This document shows positions 17,202-25,800 of a DNA stretch of 64,000 nt, piece after piece. This stretch comes from Spirochaetota bacterium. GTDB lineage: Bacteria > Spirochaetota > Brachyspiria > Brachyspirales > JACRPF01. Numbering within the stretch: position 1 is the first letter of the stretch; every line of letters starts with the position of its first letter. The notes below the pieces were generated by a model that was not told where the DNA came from, searched no databases, and saw only the letters and a program-made list of their open reading frames with translations. The position numbers and the translations under genes were made by a program. Location: assembly GCA_038043445.1 (NCBI GenBank), contig JBBTBY010000072.1, positions 29,887 to 93,886 on the forward strand, read 5' to 3'.

Positions 17202-19247
17202 TTATGCCAGCGGCAGCCATATCGACATCTTCGATATACCACGGTTCGCCCATGCGTAGTACGGGATAAGCCGCACCTTTATTTTCTTCATCATCCCCCG
17301 CGGCATCTCCTGATATAATGCTCCATCCCAATCCTTTGAAGGCCCCGCCGTGGCGATCGTCGATACGGTCACTATTCCCCCAAGACATTTCGGCTCAACG
17401 TGCGTTTCGAATTTCGCATTACGCGAAATATGTACACGGAAGAGATCGATCTTCTTCGGCAGATCGGGGGATTCAAGACAGTAGATGATCGGTCCGCGCG
17501 CAACGGCAGCGTGATTCGATGCGCTTTCAACCTTCGGGTGTGCAGCGATGAGCCGGACACCCATTGGCATTACCAGTTCGATGCTGTCGCCGGCTTTCCA
17601 AGTTCGTGTGATGGAGCAGTACGTGCCTGGTGTCAGTGTTCCTTTTTGTATCACCCCGTTAAGCTTTATCATCGCCTTTGCCGCCCATTCGGGGATACGA
17701 AGCGAGATACGCATCTTTGCGGACGGCGCACGGCGTACTGTGATGCGTACCCTGCCGTCCCACGGATAATCCGTTCTCTGATCGATCTCGATGCCGCTCC
17801 CTGCATAAGTGCTGCTGCCGTAATGATGTATCCATAATCCGTTATCCGATACGCCATAGAAATACCCGTGCATCGCGGCGATCACCCTCGTCATATTCGT
17901 CGGGCAGCAGGTGTGTGTTGCCGCAGGCTGATTCCTCACGAGCGTGCCGTTATGCGCAAGCACATCCTGCTCTTTGCCGTGCGAGGCGAGGGGATTTATA
18001 TAGAACCAGCTCTCCCCGTCCGCGGAAAGACTCGAAAGGAAACCGTTGTACATCTCACGCTCCATGATCTCGGCATAGCGCGCCTCACCGCTCATACAGA
18101 GCATTCGGTATGCCCACAGGAATACGCCGATCTGCGAACAGGTCTCATTGTAGGTCTGTGTCGTCGCATTCGTCAGTTCATAGGAATGGCCGACCGCCTC
18201 ATGCACATCGTCGCAGCTCGTATATTTTCCCTCAGCGGTTTTACGCACGGTAAATCCGTGATGAAGCGCCCCCACGCCGCCGGTTACATACATCTTTGAA
18301 CGTACGAGGTCGCCCCACAGACGCTCAAGCGCGGTACGCAGACTTTCGTCGCCGGATTCAAGATATGCGTCCGCCGCACCGGCATAGAGATATGACCAGA
18401 ACACCGAGTGCCCCACGACGACAGTCTCATCGCGAAGGGGTATGCGTGTCTGATTGAGGTCGCTTCCTCCCGGCCCGCCGATGCTCGGATGCGGCGGTAT
18501 GGTCCGTTCTTCAGGTGGCAGCTGCTGCTGCGCCTCGCCCTTCGGCGCCGAGCCGCGCATATCGATGAAGCAGTTCGCAAGATCAAGATATTTCTTTGCC
18601 TTCGTTTCGCGATAGAGATCGACGCACGCCATGATGATGGACGGATTTATGCAGAAATGTGCATGCTTGGGCGATCGGGGAATGAATACTGCATGGATGT
18701 GATCGGCAGCCTTTGTCGCGATCGAAAGGAAGCGAGTTGTACCCCGCAGGCGATGATCAAGACAGGCTGCGGTGATAAGATGCCCCATCACATAGAGTTC
18801 ATGCCGATACGGGCTCGTGTATCGTTCTTCGGGTTTGGTTATATGCGTGGTGACATATCCGTCGCGCGCCTGTGTTTTTTCGACGAGCGCAATGCATTCG
18901 TCGATATGTGCTGCGAGCGTTTCGTCCCTTGTAACATCATGGATAGAGACCCCCGCTTCTATCCACTTATACATCCATTCGTCTTTCCAGTCGCTGCCGT
19001 TGCGCTCACCCTGCGAAAGCCCTGCCGCGATACGGAAATTCTCGATAAGATGCCCCCGCGCCGGGTCGGCCCCGAGATCATAGAGGAGCGGGAGCGTTCT
19101 GTGCGCGCATTGGTCGAAACGCTGTCCCCAAAAACCGCCGGTCCACCGCACCTGCGAAAGCGGTACGCTTCCGCACACGGCATGCGGGCTTTTTTGCTCC
19201 GCCACTGTTCGACCACTCATGTTTTTTTTCTGTTCGTTCTTTTGCAT
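17202..19247 (-). CDS. glycoside hydrolase family 127 (DUF1680, beta-L-arabinofuranosidase-like)
   Basis: 681 aa. The N-terminal 'VRWTGGFWGQRFD' and YNETCSQIG (Cys-containing catalytic block) match my memory of GH127/HypBA1-type enzymes. Confidence 0.8.
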   Translation of the reverse strand: MQKNEQKKNMSGRTVAEQKSPHAVCGSVPLSQVRWTGGFWGQRFDQCAHRTLPLLYDLGADPARGHLIENFRIAAGLSQGERNGSDWKDEWMYKWIEAGVSIHDVTRDETLAAHIDECIALVEKTQARDGYVTTHITKPEERYTSPYRHELYVMGHLITAACLDHRLRGTTRFLSIATKAADHIHAVFIPRSPKHAHFCINPSIIMACVDLYRETKAKKYLDLANCFIDMRGSAPKGEAQQQLPPEERTIPPHPSIGGPGGSDLNQTRIPLRDETVVVGHSVFWSYLYAGAADAYLESGDESLRTALERLWGDLVRSKMYVTGGVGALHHGFTVRKTAEGKYTSCDDVHEAVGHSYELTNATTQTYNETCSQIGVFLWAYRMLCMSGEARYAEIMEREMYNGFLSSLSADGESWFYINPLASHGKEQDVLAHNGTLVRNQPAATHTCCPTNMTRVIAAMHGYFYGVSDNGLWIHHYGSSTYAGSGIEIDQRTDYPWDGRVRITVRRAPSAKMRISLRIPEWAAKAMIKLNGVIQKGTLTPGTYCSITRTWKAGDSIELVMPMGVRLIAAHPKVESASNHAAVARGPIIYCLESPDLPKKIDLFRVHISRNAKFETHVEPKCLGGIVTVSTIATAGPSKDWDGALYQEMPRGMMKKIKVRLIPYYAWANRGISKMSIWLPLA

Positions 19248-19284
19248 ACGTCCCCGTCCTTTATGCCCTCATGCGTGCCGGGCG

Positions 19285-22200
19285 TTAGAATCCGATGATC
19301 GTGAAATGTCTCGGCGGTATCGATACTGATAGAATGCCGTCCTTTACCGCGACCGGTCTTCCTGCATATTCGTCGGTCGCGGCGGATGCAGTCGTTACAC
19401 CGCGAATATCTATCGCCGCCCGCTGTTCCTCTGCGCTGCTATTCCCGATAACGGCAAGCGTGCGTCCGCCGGAACACATATAGTATGTTACGGCGACTTT
19501 CGGGTTCGATGATGTTATCTCCTTCTGTGAATAATAGTATCGCACCTTCGCGCTGTCCATTCGGTATTTCATCCACACGCCCCACAGCGTGTTGATGACA
19601 TTCCCGTCCTCGAACGCTATGGTGAGCGGGACATCGTTCAGGAGAAGCTTCGTGCACATGGCGCGCGTCTCTTCCTCCGTCCCGTACGCCTTATTCGCCC
19701 GCTTAAGATTGCCGAGGAAAAGGATCGCCGATCCCTTCGTGTGCATATTCAGCTCGGAGCGATATACGTCATCGCTGATGAAGTCAGAGTAGTAATACGG
19801 GGTATTCTTCTCCTGCATCATCGAGCAGTATTGTTCCCCGGGGTACCAATAGTCAGCAAATGCATGGATCATGGGATTGAAGTAGCTGTGCGCGTGATAG
19901 ATCGTGTTCCGTCCGCGGCTGTGGCAATAGCTTGTCGTGCGCTTCAAGTGATCGCGAAGGCCGACGATGATATAGGTGTTTATCCACCGGCCGAACGCAT
20001 CCTGAAAACGCATCCCGTTCCTTTCGTTCGCGCTCAGATAATTGACGCACAGGTCGTAGTACACGGCGGCGTGCGCCTGCTTTGGATGATCGAAAAGCTG
20101 TTTGATGTTTGCGAGAATGAAATCGCTGTACGCGGTCTTCGGATCGGCATTGATGGTCATGCACTGCTGTTCGTTCGATCCGCGTGTATACGAGGGGCGC
20201 ACGGGAAAGGCGAATGAATTGTCATTTCCTGTTATATCCCAGTATGCGCCGAAGTATCTCCCCTCGGGGCTGTAGTTGTTGAGCGCGGTCGATGCGCCGA
20301 AGATGGCAAGGTTCGTTTTTGCGTTCTTCTGGAATTTGATCTGATCCTTCCAGTGATCAACATAGTCGCCGAAGAACGCATTGGGCTTGAGCGTGAATAT
20401 CGATTCAGTGCCTTCACCGGCATGATGCACGAATGCGATATCACAGTTCGAATACTGCCCGTAGCCGCCGAAACGATACGTGCGCGAGCGCTCAGGGAGC
20501 GGACGCGACGGGGTAGCAATGAACATAGCGTGATAGTAGGCGCCGGCAGGGATAGTGGTACGTCGGTGTATCATCGTTACTTCGGCGTGACCGCCCGTAT
20601 CATCGATGGACGCCTTAATGGACTTGTCGACCAATGGATCATAGACCCAGTTCGCATCATGTTCCGGCGACCAGGAAAAGCCTTTCCGGTCTGAGGTGAA
20701 CCATAGACATGTTCTTTTGTCGCCAAACTGTATCGTCGTTCTATCGCTTGAGGGAAATGCGGTTTCATACACACCGGTACCGGCTATCTGCAGGAGCGGC
20801 GTCATCAGGTAGCGCGCATAGCGCCGGTCAACCGTCCAGACGATCTTCATCGAATCGATAACGGGACTTCCCTCGACGGTGTAATCGAGCCGGATGAATC
20901 CGTCGAATTCGACCTTGGTCCTCCACGTGATCGTGAAATTCTTCGATTTTCCTGTACCCTTAAGCCCGATGAAGGAGTTCTTTATCACTCGCTGCGTGAC
21001 CGTATAGGTGATATCCGCTTTCCCCTCTGGCGTCATGATCACGATCTCCGGGGCTTTCGTCAGCAGCGAGGCACCCGAATGGACGATCTTTTCCGGCAGC
21101 GGCGAATACCCAAAGTGATAGTCGCGTTCCCATACCCGCACCACATTCTTGTCATCAATGCTCATAGATGTCCACGGAGAGGGAACGACATCATCGCAAC
21201 CGAGCGTATTGCCGAACCAGCTCGTATCCGGGCGGACCACCTTCTTTACTGCCTCCTCAGACGAACCCTCTGCCGATATCACTTTCACGGTAAGCGCATA
21301 TTCCCCCGCCTCGCTCACATTCGAAATTATCCGCATATCCCTTACGGGGACTGCGCTCCATACTCCTTTCGCGATCTTACCCGATGGGGCAAGGAGCGAA
21401 TACTCCGCACGCACGCCCCCTTTGTGTATCCGCCCCTGCCACTCATCCGAGAGCGGTCTGAGATCGATGACCGCTTCCAGCCGGTCGAGATCGCCTGCAC
21501 CGTCATCGACGCCGCTCAGCTGTATATCAAAGCGAGAGCGCTCCGCCTTAACACCGGCTTCGCCGCCGCCCGCAGCATCGTCATAGCTGCTTCGCACCTC
21601 GGATTCCGTGAGCGCGCGGGAATAGATCTTTATATCGTCGATCACGGTATCCCTGCCGGTATCGTCAAAATCGGGATTGTTCCCTTTCCACAGCATTTCC
21701 CTCACTGCTATATATGACTTCGAACCAACCGGCGTGAAATTGTCGGGAAGCTTCGCCTCCTGCGGCAAGGGCGTCGACTTTTGCATTTCACCGTTGAGAT
21801 ATATCCTGATCTGTTCATCGTCCCATGTCGCAGCTATGTGGAACCACATGCCCCTATCGATGACATTGAGCGGTGCGCCCGCCAGTTTGTATGTTTTCTG
21901 CCCGCAGCCGGAGTTCTGCCAGTAGAAGATGGCGGTTGGCGTGCTGTGATACTGATACAGGAACAGTTGTGTCCACCGTTCACCGTCGCTCAGATAGATG
22001 TTCAGGTATGGCTTATGGCATTTCTCGGTATCGGAACTTTTCACACCGCCGGGGCTGTAATTCTTCGCCATTATCCAGAACGATACCGTGCCTTGTTTCC
22101 AATGGATGTTCTTTACCGCATCATAGCGCAGCAGCTCGGACGGTGTTTTTCTATTGAACGCGTTCTTCCCGTCACGGCCGACTACCGATCGGAATTCGAG

Positions 22201-22410
22201 ATTATCCTTGAACGTCGTCGATGCCGATTCTCCGCAAGCGGCATCGGCCGCCGTCGACATCTTGTCGAACGTCACGCAGAATGTCAGATCACGGTCCAGA
22301 CATTTCGCCTCGGCAGCAGACAGTGCTGTGCACAGGAGCATGCACGCTGCATACAATATACTGCCCTTGACTGCTGTGCGCACCGTCGAATTCGTCATGC
22401 CTTTGCTCAT
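19285..22410 (-). CDS. secreted LamG/concanavalin-A-like lectin domain protein with ~700-aa C-terminal region of unknown (putative glycoside-hydrolase-like) function
   Basis: Signal peptide. LamG-like block: GTVSFWIMAKNY...WFHIAATWDDEQIRIYLNGE...IDDIKIYSRALTESEV. I could not place the remainder in a named family. The start overlaps the stop of the upstream dehydratase gene by 4 nt (22407-22410). Confidence 0.55.
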   Translation of the reverse strand: MSKGMTNSTVRTAVKGSILYAACMLLCTALSAAEAKCLDRDLTFCVTFDKMSTAADAACGESASTTFKDNLEFRSVVGRDGKNAFNRKTPSELLRYDAVKNIHWKQGTVSFWIMAKNYSPGGVKSSDTEKCHKPYLNIYLSDGERWTQLFLYQYHSTPTAIFYWQNSGCGQKTYKLAGAPLNVIDRGMWFHIAATWDDEQIRIYLNGEMQKSTPLPQEAKLPDNFTPVGSKSYIAVREMLWKGNNPDFDDTGRDTVIDDIKIYSRALTESEVRSSYDDAAGGGEAGVKAERSRFDIQLSGVDDGAGDLDRLEAVIDLRPLSDEWQGRIHKGGVRAEYSLLAPSGKIAKGVWSAVPVRDMRIISNVSEAGEYALTVKVISAEGSSEEAVKKVVRPDTSWFGNTLGCDDVVPSPWTSMSIDDKNVVRVWERDYHFGYSPLPEKIVHSGASLLTKAPEIVIMTPEGKADITYTVTQRVIKNSFIGLKGTGKSKNFTITWRTKVEFDGFIRLDYTVEGSPVIDSMKIVWTVDRRYARYLMTPLLQIAGTGVYETAFPSSDRTTIQFGDKRTCLWFTSDRKGFSWSPEHDANWVYDPLVDKSIKASIDDTGGHAEVTMIHRRTTIPAGAYYHAMFIATPSRPLPERSRTYRFGGYGQYSNCDIAFVHHAGEGTESIFTLKPNAFFGDYVDHWKDQIKFQKNAKTNLAIFGASTALNNYSPEGRYFGAYWDITGNDNSFAFPVRPSYTRGSNEQQCMTINADPKTAYSDFILANIKQLFDHPKQAHAAVYYDLCVNYLSANERNGMRFQDAFGRWINTYIIVGLRDHLKRTTSYCHSRGRNTIYHAHSYFNPMIHAFADYWYPGEQYCSMMQEKNTPYYYSDFISDDVYRSELNMHTKGSAILFLGNLKRANKAYGTEEETRAMCTKLLLNDVPLTIAFEDGNVINTLWGVWMKYRMDSAKVRYYYSQKEITSSNPKVAVTYYMCSGGRTLAVIGNSSAEEQRAAIDIRGVTTASAATDEYAGRPVAVKDGILSVSIPPRHFTIIGF

Positions 22411-23564
22411 GGCGCCTCCGGAACAAATCGTTTTATCCGCGCTTCATCGATATCGACGCCGATACCCGGCGCATCGTTCAGGATCAGCGATCCGTTCTTC
22501 ACTTCATGCCATCGCGAGAAAATGCCGTCTCGCACCGGATGCTCCGTCCTGTCCATCTCAAGGGACACCTCGCGTTTTTCGTATCGCCCTGGGTTCGCAG
22601 GCAATGCGGTTATTGCGCTTGCCGCCACCGCCTGATTTATGCGAAGCCCCCAGCAATGCGGCATCATATCGATATGCGCCGCCGATGCGATGGCGGCTAT
22701 CTTCTGATACTCCGTTATCCCTCCGCAATAGGCGATGTCCGGCTGCATGATATCAAGTGCATGAACATTCGCAAGGGCGGCGAAGCCGTATCGCGTCTGC
22801 TCGCATTCACCGCCGGCGATGGGTACCGTCACACACTCCCGCAATCGCGCATGATCGGCAATGTTCTCCGGTGAAAGCGGCTCCTCGAACCATGCGTACC
22901 CATTGTCAGAGAGACAGCGGCCTATATCGACGGCTTCTTTAAAGTTATACGCATGATTTGCGTCAGCCGCAATACAAAGATCGGGGAATTTCTTTCGAAA
23001 TTCGATAATAAGCTTTTTATCGAACGCGATGTTCTTTCCGATCTTTATTTTTATCATACGAAATCCTTCTCGTATATAGCCGTCAGCTTCCTTGAGAAGT
23101 GCTGTCATCATCTCGCTTTCGCCCATAGCGGGCTTGAAGTACATGCCGGTGGCATAGCACGGTATCGCGCCGCCCTTCCCTCCAAGGAGCATCCATAACG
23201 GCATGTTCGCACTCTTCGCTTTGATATCCCAGAGCGCTATATCGATACCCGACAGCGCCGCCATCATGGGCCCTTTGCGTGCATAATCGAGCGATCGCTG
23301 CCAGAGATGAGCCCATACCTGTTCATGCTGCCGCGGATCGAGCCCGATAAGGAGTTCACGGTAAAATCCGTTCACTGCTTCTGCAGCAAGTGATGCGGGG
23401 CCATAACATTCTCCCCAGCCGGCAATACCCTCATCGGTAGATATTTTAACGATCACATTCATTCGCCGCTGATAATACCACTGGGAAAAGCCGAACGGCG
23501 ACGCCAGGTCAGCCCCGAGAACAAATGTATCAACAGCGGAAATCTTCATGCGAGCCTGCGCCAA
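22407..23564 (-). CDS. enolase-superfamily (mandelate racemase/muconate lactonizing) sugar-acid dehydratase-like enzyme
   Basis: 385 aa. KIKIGKN, AADANHAY, FEEPL, AGGE and DIMQPD blocks correspond to the metal-ligand and acid/base positions of MR/MLE-family dehydratases. Confidence 0.8.
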   Translation of the reverse strand: MAQARMKISAVDTFVLGADLASPFGFSQWYYQRRMNVIVKISTDEGIAGWGECYGPASLAAEAVNGFYRELLIGLDPRQHEQVWAHLWQRSLDYARKGPMMAALSGIDIALWDIKAKSANMPLWMLLGGKGGAIPCYATGMYFKPAMGESEMMTALLKEADGYIREGFRMIKIKIGKNIAFDKKLIIEFRKKFPDLCIAADANHAYNFKEAVDIGRCLSDNGYAWFEEPLSPENIADHARLRECVTVPIAGGECEQTRYGFAALANVHALDIMQPDIAYCGGITEYQKIAAIASAAHIDMMPHCWGLRINQAVAASAITALPANPGRYEKREVSLEMDRTEHPVRDGIFSRWHEVKNGSLILNDAPGIGVDIDEARIKRFVPEAP

Positions 23565-23589
23565 GGCACTTCGAATAGCAATGGAGCTG

Positions 23590-23646
23590 ATAAACGTTTA
23601 TTATATATTATATAACTCATATAATATATAATATAATACTTAAACA
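23590..23646 (-). promoter_or_regulatory. 57-nt, ~90% A+T tract upstream of the dehydratase operon (probable promoter / UP-element region)
   Basis: TAAACGTTTATTATATATTATATAACTCATATAATATATAATATAATACTTAAAC, read directly. Lies 26-82 nt upstream of ATG 23564 on the minus strand. Contains several TATAAT-like hexamers on both strands. Confidence 0.5.
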
Positions 23647-23647
23647 G

Positions 23648-23673
23648 GCCACGGTCAAGCTTCGTGTCGTGGC
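23648..23673 (-). terminator. weak hairpin downstream of the 628-aa ORF (possible terminator)
   Basis: GCCACG (23648-23653) pairs with CGTGGC (23668-23673) across a 14-nt loop. On the minus strand it is followed by the T-rich side of the AT tract. Confidence 0.3.
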
Positions 23674-23741
23674 TCATCCGACAGCGGGCTCTGTGCTGAA
23701 CAGATCGTTCTATTTTTTCATTCTTGTCCGGACGGGACGCG

Positions 23742-25628
23742 CTAGCCTTCTGCACCGCCGGTACTGCCGGGCCCATCGTCCTTCTCTATTTCGATATTGA
23801 GATCTACGCCGGTAGATTCCTCTATCCCCGCCGCGGCCTTCTCCGCTTTTTCACGTTTCGCTTTTTCAAGCGCCTCGACGATATGGGACCCGGTCTTCGG
23901 CGCCGCTGCGACTTCGGCTTTCGCCTCTGCGGAAGACTCATCGGCTTGTACCACCGGTGCCGATTCTTCAACGAGCAGCCCCAGACCCGAAAGTTCCCCC
24001 ATGGTGAGAAGATGATGGAACCCGCAGATGAAATAATATGTCTCAGTGAGCGCCTCGAGCGCCGTATAGCCGTTGATGCGCTTATCCCCGTGAATGAGCG
24101 GGTCGAACATGAGCTTCTCCGCAGGATTAGCGATGACCGCCTCGCGCAAAGGCTTATCGAGGAGCAAATGCCCGAGATTGTCCTTGATCTCGCGAATGAA
24201 CGTCATGATGCTCGTACGGGCGATCTTCGCGAATTTCGAGCGCGTCGCCTCCTTTGTCTGCATAAGGAGCGCCTTCTGCGTGAAATGCATGTCGCGGTCA
24301 GCGTCGAGCAGCGATATTTCGCGGACCATCTTCACATAATCATCGATGCGCCGGCCGACGTCGTTTATCGTCGAGAGTGAATTGCTGAACAGATTGCCGA
24401 AATCCGTCTTTGTCGCCGTGGACAGGAGCACATTGAATTTTATCTTGTTCGTCGTCAGTGTCAGGGAATATTCCCTGTCAAAATAATCGAGTATCAGCTT
24501 CGCCCGATATATCTTATCGCGGCTGTCGAGAAAAAATAGCGAATGCGTATCGTCATGGATGCTGTTGCGGTCCTTGTCAAAGTTGATGAGCGACGCGATA
24601 AGGGACAGCCCAACCTGCGAATACTGATCGACATCCGGCTTCTGCTCGGGCCCTTTCTCTTTCTTCTCTACCGCCTGCCGCTTTGCTTCCTCCGCTTCGC
24701 GTTTCTGCTGCGCGGTACGGAAACCGATGACATCCTCAGCGCCCATGCCGATGTACTCGCCGAGCTCTTTATCGGCGATGTCGAAATTCCGTTCCGCGAG
24801 GATCTTCACAAGCACCAACAGCTTCGGGAACAGTTTATAGAAAACGAGATCGACGGCCTTTTTTATGACGGTATGCCGCTGATTCACCACAAGCCGGTCC
24901 ATCGATTCCATCTGGCCGTACGCGGCAAGCGCCTGCATGATGGCCTCGCGGAGGCTGCTCATATAATTACGAAGGAGGTAGATGCGCTTAAAGAGCAGGA
25001 TGACCGCGTCCCGTTTCCGGGCTATGGTCACCGCGGTATTCCCCTTCAGGAGCTTGTACTCGGTGAGTATGCTCGCATAGATCTCCTCATCGTAGATCTC
25101 GCGGAAACGTTCGAGTATCTCGAGCTTGAACGTGTTCTCGAATATCGCCCGCATGCGGTGCTGCTTTTCCAGCGTCGTTTCCTCTGTCGCGTCGATGGGA
25201 AAAAGCGTGGAGGTGAGGAGCGCTTCCGCCTCGAGGAGCCCGGTCAGGAGCCCGGAATCGATGAAACGCAGGAAGCCGCTGCTGATGAGCCTGCCCGAAA
25301 GATCGGTAACCCCGTTGATAACGCCTTCGAAATAGAGGGACACCTTCAGGAACAATTTCCCAATACCGCCGCCCGATGACGGCTGGACATGCGGAACCGC
25401 GCTTTCTGCACGCGCATCCTTCTCATCACGTTTCTGCATGATGCGCTCTTCAAGACGCCGGCGCAGGGGGGAAAGCTTCTCGGCCGCTTTTTGTTTAGCG
25501 GCTCGTTCGTCCTTCTCGGTTATCACCTTGCCGCCGTGCTCGACGAATTTACCGAAGAGCTCCTTGCGCTCTTTATCGTCAAGTTCTCCGAGCTTTATAT
25601 TGCTTCGCGTCTTATCGACGTTCGACAC
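23742..25628 (-). CDS. hypothetical protein, 628 aa, no recognisable domain
   Basis: Long ORF with a GTG start preceded by GGGGGAGGA. Charged K/E-rich N-terminus, predicted helical core, second K/E-rich linker (REAEEAKRQAVEKKEKGPEQK) and acidic tail. TAG stop. Confidence 0.6.
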   Translation of the reverse strand: MSNVDKTRSNIKLGELDDKERKELFGKFVEHGGKVITEKDERAAKQKAAEKLSPLRRRLEERIMQKRDEKDARAESAVPHVQPSSGGGIGKLFLKVSLYFEGVINGVTDLSGRLISSGFLRFIDSGLLTGLLEAEALLTSTLFPIDATEETTLEKQHRMRAIFENTFKLEILERFREIYDEEIYASILTEYKLLKGNTAVTIARKRDAVILLFKRIYLLRNYMSSLREAIMQALAAYGQMESMDRLVVNQRHTVIKKAVDLVFYKLFPKLLVLVKILAERNFDIADKELGEYIGMGAEDVIGFRTAQQKREAEEAKRQAVEKKEKGPEQKPDVDQYSQVGLSLIASLINFDKDRNSIHDDTHSLFFLDSRDKIYRAKLILDYFDREYSLTLTTNKIKFNVLLSTATKTDFGNLFSNSLSTINDVGRRIDDYVKMVREISLLDADRDMHFTQKALLMQTKEATRSKFAKIARTSIMTFIREIKDNLGHLLLDKPLREAVIANPAEKLMFDPLIHGDKRINGYTALEALTETYYFICGFHHLLTMGELSGLGLLVEESAPVVQADESSAEAKAEVAAAPKTGSHIVEALEKAKREKAEKAAAGIEESTGVDLNIEIEKDDGPGSTGGAEG

Positions 25629-25743
25629 GGCGAGTCCTCCCCCGTTTTCGTGACGAATTCAGTATACTCGAAAAGCATGGGAAGCGCAACAAGCGCACGA
25701 CAATAACGTGCCACGCCGTCCATCTTTTCTGTCAAACAATACA

Positions 25744-25773
25744 TTGACTCAGGCGAGCACCTTGGCATATACT
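25744..25773 (+). promoter_or_regulatory. putative sigma70-type promoter of the GH55-like gene pair
   Basis: TTGACT (25744-25749), 18-nt spacer, TATACT (25768-25773). GAGGAG SD precedes ATG 25801. Confidence 0.35.
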
Positions 25774-25800
25774 GAACTATCGAACGGCGAGGAGACGCAC

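Noticed and set aside
19975-19983. TTATCCACC, a near DnaA-box
   Set aside because: It is a single occurrence inside the LamG coding sequence, which is expected by chance.
23590-23646. AT-rich tract as a replication origin
   Set aside because: There is no cluster of DnaA-box-like 9-mers and no dnaA, dnaN or gidA nearby. The tract is only 57 nt and sits exactly where a promoter is expected.
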